This document shows, piece after piece, positions 27,009 through 32,000 of a DNA stretch of 32,000 bases (position 1 is the stretch's first letter; each line of letters opens with the position of its first letter). This DNA comes from Coprobacillaceae bacterium (lineage in GTDB: Bacteria; Bacillota_I; Bacilli_A; Erysipelotrichales; Coprobacillaceae), in the NCBI GenBank assembly GCA_963675915.1, contig OY780959.1, forward strand, positions 90,001-122,000, in the 5' to 3' direction. The position numbers and the translations under genes are program-made. The notes under the pieces were generated by a model. It was not told the origin of the DNA. It searched no databases and was given only the letters and a program-made list of their open reading frames with translations.

Positions 27009-27362
27009 TTAATGGCAACCGCAGCCACAACCGCCGCTTTCTGCTTCGTCGCCGCATTCGCAATCATCGCCGCATCCACATTCACCTTCGTCAGATGAAC
27101 AGCTTCCGCCACAGCATGAATGAGGTGCTTGTAAAGTAAACCCGTTGTCTTGAGTATCGATAACATAACCTTCCAAGATTGCCAGTGCTTCTGGATCGAT
27201 TGCAACAGTGATTTCATTTAATACAACTGTATTTAAATCATCAGAAACATTGATTAACGCGAATTGAACTTGATTGTCTTCTAAAATAACTTGCAATGAA
27301 TCGAATCCTTGTGCAGTGAAAGCTTCTTTGAATAAGTCTCTTGCTGAATTTGTAATTTCCAT
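27009..27362 (-). CDS. HesB/IscA-fold-like small protein with a Cys-rich acidic C-terminal tail
   Basis: 117 aa with an AAGGAGA SD. The N-terminal 80 aa resemble the IscA/HesB fold (ITVAIDPEALAILEGYVID). The tail HSCCGGSCSSDEGECGCGDDCECGDEAESGGCGCGCH has 10 Cys in 37 aa. Confidence 0.7.
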   Translation of the reverse strand: MEITNSARDLFKEAFTAQGFDSLQVILEDNQVQFALINVSDDLNTVVLNEITVAIDPEALAILEGYVIDTQDNGFTLQAPHSCCGGSCSSDEGECGCGDDCECGDEAESGGCGCGCH

Positions 27363-27492
27363 ATTTTTCTCCTTGAATATCTACTTTGATTTAGTATAGC
27401 ACACTATCTGAAAAAATCCCAAGTGATAAGCATCACATTTAAGATATCCTACCAAATTGAAGCGAATAATGCAATAGTGTTCCGGAATTGAA

Positions 27493-27521
27493 TTGAAAAA
27501 CAGGGCAAAAATTGATATGAT
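27493..27521 (+). promoter_or_regulatory. Sigma-70-type promoter for pfkA
   Basis: TTGAAA (27493-27498), a 17-nt spacer, then TATGAT (27516-27521). Confidence 0.5.
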
Positions 27522-27550
27522 TAAAGGAGAATATGAAAGTAGGAATTTAT

Positions 27551-28621
27551 ATGGCAAAAAGAATAGGAATTTTAACAAGTGGTGGGGATTGCGCCGGCTT
27601 GAATGCAACTATGCGCGGTGTTGTTCTTGCTGCTGACAAATTAATGGATTGTAAAATTTACGGGATTCAAAACGGTTTTGAAGGGCTCATGTACGGCGAC
27701 ATCAATCGGATGAATGTTAGTGATTTCGCTGGCATCCTGGAACTAGGAGGAACTATTCTCCATTCGCATCGGACTCCTTTCAAACAGATGCGTAAAATCG
27801 AAAATGGTTTTGACAAGGTTCAGGCAATGATTGACAACTATAATAAATATGAACTTGACTGCCTGGTCTGTTTGGGTGGGGCAGGTACTCATAAAAATGC
27901 CAATATGCTCCGTGAAGAAGGCCTGAATGTCATCGCCTTGCCAAAAACTATCGATAATGACATTTGGGGAACCGAAATCACGTTTGGTTACCATACGGCA
28001 ATGGAAGTTGCCACTGAAGTGATTGACCGGGTGGTGACTACGGCTCGCTCTCATGACCGGGTTATGGTAGTTGAAATCATGGGTAACAAAACCGGGTGGC
28101 TGGCTTTGAATTCGGCAATTGCCACCAAAGCGGATATGGTATTGATACCGGAGATACCATATAGTGAGAAAAAAATCGTCAAAGCCATCAAAAAACTCAA
28201 ACAATCAGGAAAGCGTTATGCCATCGTGGTTGTGGCTGAAGGGGCCAAATCCCAAGAAGAAGCGGATTTAAGCAAAAAAGAGTACAAAGCGCTGTTAAAA
28301 ACATATGCGGATCAGGATGTCGGTGAAAGAATTGTCAAACTGATTTCCGAGTCCACTGGTCTGGAAGGTCGACTGGTAAAACCAGGTCATCAATTAAGAG
28401 GGGGAATCCCAAATTGTGCTGATCGGGTTCTATGCACCAAGATCGGGGCCTTTTGTGCCGAATTGATTGATAAAGGTGAATTTGGAAAAGCCGTATCGAT
28501 CAGGGAAGGTCAATGTGTGGCGTCACCGATTGAAGATATCGCCGGATTGGCAAAAACCATTCCAACCGATGGGGAACTGGTCAGAACCGCTCGCTTGGTC
28601 GGAATCGAGTTTGGAGATTAG
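27551..28621 (+). CDS. pfkA: 6-phosphofructokinase
   Basis: ORF 27533..28621. I prefer the ATG at 27551 (MAKRIGILTSGGDCAGLN), which matches the N-termini of homologues. PFK motifs are present: TSGGD, PKTIDNDI, MGNKTGW, GHQLRGG. Confidence 0.9.
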   Translation: MAKRIGILTSGGDCAGLNATMRGVVLAADKLMDCKIYGIQNGFEGLMYGDINRMNVSDFAGILELGGTILHSHRTPFKQMRKIENGFDKVQAMIDNYNKYELDCLVCLGGAGTHKNANMLREEGLNVIALPKTIDNDIWGTEITFGYHTAMEVATEVIDRVVTTARSHDRVMVVEIMGNKTGWLALNSAIATKADMVLIPEIPYSEKKIVKAIKKLKQSGKRYAIVVVAEGAKSQEEADLSKKEYKALLKTYADQDVGERIVKLISESTGLEGRLVKPGHQLRGGIPNCADRVLCTKIGAFCAELIDKGEFGKAVSIREGQCVASPIEDIAGLAKTIPTDGELVRTARLVGIEFGD

Positions 28622-28632
28622 AACAGATAAAT

Positions 28633-28661
28633 AAAAAAAAGCACATCTCGTGCTTTTTTTA
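28633..28661. terminator. Bidirectional terminator between the convergent pfkA and asnC-family genes
   Basis: A8-GCAC-ATCTC-GTGC-T7. Confidence 0.7.
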
Positions 28662-29093
28662 TTCGAGTCCGATTTGTCGAGGCTCAACTGCAGTCGAGAA
28701 TACAATTTGGGTCATGGTATCACCGAATCTTTGGATTCTTCCGATAAACAGGTCCAGTTCTCTGGTTGATTTGAAGGCTACTTTGATAATCATTGAATAA
28801 TCTCCGGTAACACAGCAGCATTCCAATACATTAGGTATTTTTTCAATATAGCTGTAAAATTCCGGTTTATCGACCGGCTTCATTGCCAATGAGATGAAAG
28901 CCTTGATCGGAAAACCGATTTTTTCCAGGTCCAATTGGGCCTGGATGTCACGAATGAAGCCTTGATCTTTAAGTTTTTCAATCCGTGATGAAACTGCTGG
29001 TGAAGATAAATTGACTTCCTTTGAGAGGTTCTTCAGGGAGATTCTTCCTCTTCGTGCCAGTATTGAAAGTATTTTTTTGTCTAAATCGTCCAT
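28659..29093 (-). CDS. Lrp/AsnC family transcriptional regulator
   Basis: The start at MDDLDKKILSILARRGRISLKNLSKEVNLSSPAVSSRIEKL (ATG at the complement of 29091-29093) lies 8 nt after AGGAG. It has an HTH followed by an RAM/ACT-like domain. Confidence 0.88.
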   Translation of the reverse strand: MDDLDKKILSILARRGRISLKNLSKEVNLSSPAVSSRIEKLKDQGFIRDIQAQLDLEKIGFPIKAFISLAMKPVDKPEFYSYIEKIPNVLECCCVTGDYSMIIKVAFKSTRELDLFIGRIQRFGDTMTQIVFSTAVEPRQIGLE

Positions 29094-29181
29094 GCGCGTC
29101 ACTCCTTGAAATGTATTATAGCGAAAAAATTATTAAATTGATAGTTTTTTTAAAATAAAAAAATATATTGTCAACCTAATA

Positions 29182-29212
29182 AAATTAAGTTAAGAAGCAA
29201 ATTACTTAATTT
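29182..29212. promoter_or_regulatory. 9-bp perfect inverted repeat in the asnC/aspA divergent region (candidate regulator site)
   Basis: AAATTAAGT (29182-29190), a 13-nt spacer, then ACTTAATTT (29204-29212), set in a very AT-rich intergenic region. Confidence 0.35.
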
Positions 29213-29293
29213 AATTCCAAAGTGCGGTTTATGTGTAGAAGTGAAAATTTAAAAGTGCTAAAGTTACACCAACGAATTCAGGAGGGTGTAAAA

Positions 29294-30670
29294 ATGACAC
29301 GTATTGAGAAAGATTATTTAGGGGAAAAATCAATTCCAAGTGAAGCATATTATGGAATCCAAACTTTAAGAGCGAAGGAAAATTTTGCGATTTCAAGTCG
29401 TTCGAATGAAGTAGAAATGATCAAATCAATGGCCAAGATCAAGGAAGCATGCGCGTTGGCGAATCTGCATGCGGGAGTATTGACTACCAAGAAGGCTAAT
29501 GCAATCGTAGCTGCATGCGACAAGATTATAAAAGGTGACTATTTGAATCAATTCATTGTTGATCCAATCCAAGGCGGGGCAGGAACTTCAATGAACATGA
29601 ATGCCAATGAAGTTATTGCCAACATTGCCAATGAACTTCTGGGCGGACAAAAAGGAGATTATAATCTGGTTCATCCAAATGATGATGTCAATATGGCCCA
29701 ATCCACAAATGATGTCTATCCGACAGCTGGCAAACTGGCAGTGCTGGCATTGATTCCAGGATTGATTGAACAGCTGGAATTATTGGTGGAAGATCTTGAT
29801 GGCAAAGCCAAGGAATTCCATGATGTATTCAAAATGGGGCGCACCCAGCTTCAAGATGCGGTTCCAATGCGTCTGGGGCAATCATTTAATGCTTATAAAA
29901 CAATGATAATCCGAGATATCAAAAGAATCAATCTGGCAAAAGATGAACTGAAAGTTGTCAATCTCGGGGCTACTGCAATCGGTTCGGCTATCAATACCAG
30001 TGACGCTTATCTGGAATCGGTGGTGGATTTCTTGAACATGGTAACTGGCGAAGACCTGGTTCAAGCGGACGATCTTTTCGATGCAACACAAAATATCGAT
30101 AGTTTCGCATCAGTTTCGGGAAGCCTTAAAAATCTGGCAATCAACCTCAACAAGATGTCAAATGACTTACGTCTTCTTTCAAGCGGTCCTAAAACCGGCA
30201 TCAGTGAGATCAATCTTCCGGCCAAACAAAACGGTTCTTCAATTATGCCAGGTAAAGTCAATCCGGTCATCCCTGAAGTAATGAACCAAGTGGCATTTTG
30301 CGTTATGGGTAACGACCTGACCATCTCCCTGGCAGCGCAAAACGGTCAATTGGAACTCAATGCCTTTGAACCGGTGCTTTTTACCAATCTTTTCGAGTCA
30401 ATCACTACCCTGTCCAACGGAATCAAGACCCTGAGAGTAAACTGTATCCAAGGAATCACTGCCAACAAGGAACGTTGCCAGGATTTACTTGAGGAAAGTG
30501 TTGGGATTGTAACAGCCCTTTGTCCGTACATCGGATACAATGAAGCGGCATCGATTGCCAAAGAATCATTGAAAACCAATGTAAAAATCAAAGATTTGCT
30601 GCTGGAAAAAAATATCGTCACTTTGACGCAGTATAATGAAATAATGGATTACAGTCGTTTGACTAGATAA
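29294..30670 (+). CDS. aspA: Aspartate ammonia-lyase
   Basis: The start at MTRIEKDYLGEKSIPSEAYYGIQTLRAKENF (29294) follows an AGGAGGG SD. It carries the GSSIMPGKVNPVIPE signature of the class II fumarase/aspartase family, and the N-terminus is aspartase-like. Confidence 0.88.
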   Translation: MTRIEKDYLGEKSIPSEAYYGIQTLRAKENFAISSRSNEVEMIKSMAKIKEACALANLHAGVLTTKKANAIVAACDKIIKGDYLNQFIVDPIQGGAGTSMNMNANEVIANIANELLGGQKGDYNLVHPNDDVNMAQSTNDVYPTAGKLAVLALIPGLIEQLELLVEDLDGKAKEFHDVFKMGRTQLQDAVPMRLGQSFNAYKTMIIRDIKRINLAKDELKVVNLGATAIGSAINTSDAYLESVVDFLNMVTGEDLVQADDLFDATQNIDSFASVSGSLKNLAINLNKMSNDLRLLSSGPKTGISEINLPAKQNGSSIMPGKVNPVIPEVMNQVAFCVMGNDLTISLAAQNGQLELNAFEPVLFTNLFESITTLSNGIKTLRVNCIQGITANKERCQDLLEESVGIVTALCPYIGYNEAASIAKESLKTNVKIKDLLLEKNIVTLTQYNEIMDYSRLTR

Positions 30671-30675
30671 TCCTG

Positions 30676-30712
30676 ATCCCTCATCCCGTTTAAACCGGGT
30701 GAGGGATTTTTT
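30676..30712 (+). terminator. Rho-independent terminator after aspA
   Basis: ATCCCTCA(T)CCCG-loop-CGGGTGAGGGAT (12 bp, one bulge) followed by T6. Confidence 0.85.
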
Positions 30713-30780
30713 GATTTTGAGATTAGTCTGATGTGACCCAATTATTTATATAATGGGATGTTGTTTGGCTTTTACAAATT

Positions 30781-30809
30781 ACCACTTGTTGCCAAATATC
30801 GACCACTTG
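30781..30809 (+). repeat. Direct repeat ACCACTTG x2 with 21-bp periodicity (candidate LytTR binding site)
   Basis: ACCACTTG occurs at 30781-30788 and 30802-30809. The second copy ends 12 nt upstream of the -35 box of the LytTR gene promoter. Confidence 0.45.
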
Positions 30810-30820
30810 CCTTTGATTGA

Positions 30821-30848
30821 TTTACAAATCCGCCAAACTTGGTAAAAT
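30821..30848 (+). promoter_or_regulatory. Promoter of the LytTR operon
   Basis: TTTACA (30821-30826), a 16-nt spacer, then TGGTAAAAT, an extended -10 box (30840-30848). Confidence 0.5.
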
Positions 30849-30868
30849 GTAGTTGTGGAGAGATGATT

Positions 30869-31321
30869 ATGAAGATAAAAGTTGAAATTGACGAAGATAT
30901 TGAAAAAGAGGAAATAGTGATTCGCTGCAAGAATCTCAACGACGAGATTGCCCAGTTGCAAAAATTGATCAATAATGCCATCAATCTGAAAAACCGGATT
31001 GTCTTTTTCAAAGGGGATATCCAATACTATCTGGATTTGAATGATGTGCTTTTTTTCGAAACGGAAGGTGACAAGGTGTACGCCCATACCAGTGAAGAGA
31101 TCTACATTATCAAATACCGCCTGTACGAGTTGGAAGAAATCCTGCCTGGTTATTTTCTCAGGATATCCAAGTCGGCGATATTGAATGTGAATCGGATTTT
31201 TTCAATCGACCGTAATTTGGCTTCTTCAAGTCTGGTATCTTTTCAAAACACTCACAAGAAAGTATATATATCACGAAGATATTTAAAACCACTGACCGAC
31301 AGGTTGGAGAAAAGAGGATAA
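30869..31321 (+). CDS. LytTR-family DNA-binding protein without a receiver domain
   Basis: ORF 30839..31321, with the ATG at 30869 about 7 nt after GGAGAG. The C-terminal 100 aa (IVFFKGDIQYYLDLNDVLFFETEGDKVYAHT...YFLRISKSAILNVNRI) form a LytTR domain. The N-terminal roughly 45 aa are too short for a REC domain. Confidence 0.85.
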   Translation: MKIKVEIDEDIEKEEIVIRCKNLNDEIAQLQKLINNAINLKNRIVFFKGDIQYYLDLNDVLFFETEGDKVYAHTSEEIYIIKYRLYELEEILPGYFLRISKSAILNVNRIFSIDRNLASSSLVSFQNTHKKVYISRRYLKPLTDRLEKRG

Positions 31322-31325
31322 ATAA

Positions 31326-32000
31326 ATGAATCGAAATACAAGCAAGGTTTTTTGGGGATTGTTCTTTGTCGCTGGGGCGATATTCGTTCTGGTCAGTTCA
31401 ATGAACTTTTTTCCAGGCATCAATGCATTCACTTTCATACTGGCAGTATTACTGGCGGCAGGGTTTATCAGGAGTTTGGTAAACCTTGAATTTGCGGGAA
31501 TGCTGTTCTCACTGGCATTTCTGGCGATCTTGTTCGATGATCAGCTGGGAATAACCAATATTACACCATGGCCGGTTATTTTTGCAGCAGGTTTGGCTAG
31601 CGTTGGCTTGGGAATGCTCTTCAACAACCATAAAAGCATCAAAATCCATCACCGGCACGACGGGGAAGGTTTTAGCGAAACTGTCAACGAAGCTGACGGA
31701 AGTACCATCAACTACGGGACAAGTTTTGGTTCATCAATCAAATATGTAAATTCCAATGATTTTAGATCAGCTAATCTGGACTGCACTTTTTCAGCGATGA
31801 AAGTATACTTTGACAATGCCTCAATCGTCGGCGATGGAGCCACTATCAATCTTAATGTGACCTTCAGCGGCGTGGAACTTTATATTCCCAAAGAGTGGAA
31901 CGTAGTCAATCATGCCACAGCGACATTTGGATCGATTGACGAGAAGAATCGCCCCGGTAACTATATCACTCCGACCGTGATTCTGACTGGAACGGTAAGC
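31326..32000 (+). CDS. LiaF-like / DUF2154-type membrane protein (partial, continues past the right edge)
   Basis: Hand translation from the ATG at 31326 gives MNRNTSKVFWGLFFVAGAIFVLVSS...(4 TM)...TFSAMKVYFDNASIVGDGATINLNVTFSGVELYIPKEWNVV. There is no stop before 32000. The start lies 4 nt after the LytTR stop. Confidence 0.7.
   Translation, partial: MNRNTSKVFWGLFFVAGAIFVLVSSMNFFPGINAFTFILAVLLAAGFIRSLVNLEFAGMLFSLAFLAILFDDQLGITNITPWPVIFAAGLASVGLGMLFNNHKSIKIHHRHDGEGFSETVNEADGSTINYGTSFGSSIKYVNSNDFRSANLDCTFSAMKVYFDNASIVGDGATINLNVTFSGVELYIPKEWNVVNHATATFGSIDEKNRPGNYITPTVILTGTVS

Noticed and set aside
27423-27436. The small inverted repeat GTGAT-AAGC-ATCAC between the HesB-like gene and pfkA. I considered it as a cre or Fur-type box.
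   Set aside because: It has only 5-bp arms. Position-by-position comparison with the cre consensus (TGNAANCGNWNNCA) and with the Fur box fails.
1-32000. A whole-window check for CRISPR arrays, IS elements or transposases, integrases, prophage genes, tRNA/rRNA genes, toxin-antitoxin pairs and known defence-system signatures.
   Set aside because: I found none. There are no regularly spaced repeats, no long terminal inverted repeats, no recombinase-like ORFs and no cloverleaf-like sequences in the intergenic regions. All intergenic gaps are under 260 bp and are accounted for by promoters, terminators or the riboswitch.

Overview
This 32-kb window looks like ordinary chromosomal sequence from a low-GC Gram-positive (Bacillota-type) anaerobe. 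Nearly every gene has a GGAGG-like Shine-Dalgarno site, and hand-counted 60-nt lines range from about 30 to 55% GC. I support about 35 CDS. They are a partial FlaR-like P-loop kinase; a TPP riboswitch with thiT; a MATE exporter; a YhhN lysoplasmalogenase-like protein; a translationally coupled nadA-nadB-nadC-niaR operon with a palindromic operator; an aldose epimerase and galE; DUF1287 and DUF218 envelope proteins; a Maf-GIY-YIG fusion; an acidic orphan protein; a CoA-disulfide-reductase/rhodanese protein; murB; dxr; an orphan ECF S-component; a Crp/Fnr (HcpR-like) regulator divergent from a ferredoxin-hcp operon; a nitroreductase; mscL; a CxC permease; a conserved W/R-rich unknown; a TspO-like plus DUF1722 pair; an AbrB-family membrane protein; an SDR; a HesB-like protein with a 10-Cys tail; pfkA; an AsnC regulator divergent from aspA; and a LytTR-only regulator with a LiaF-like membrane partner that runs off the right edge. 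I found no rRNA, tRNA, CRISPR array, transposase, integrase or obvious defence or toxin-antitoxin module. I cannot point to a convincing novel multi-gene system. The best leads are single-gene oddities: the Maf-GIY-YIG fusion, the HesB-like protein with its Cys-rich tail, the 167-aa W/R-rich protein and the 385-aa acidic orphan. There are also several predicted operators: NiaR, HcpR-like, LytTR direct repeats and an AsnC-region inverted repeat. All family calls come from motif recognition by eye. No database search was run.
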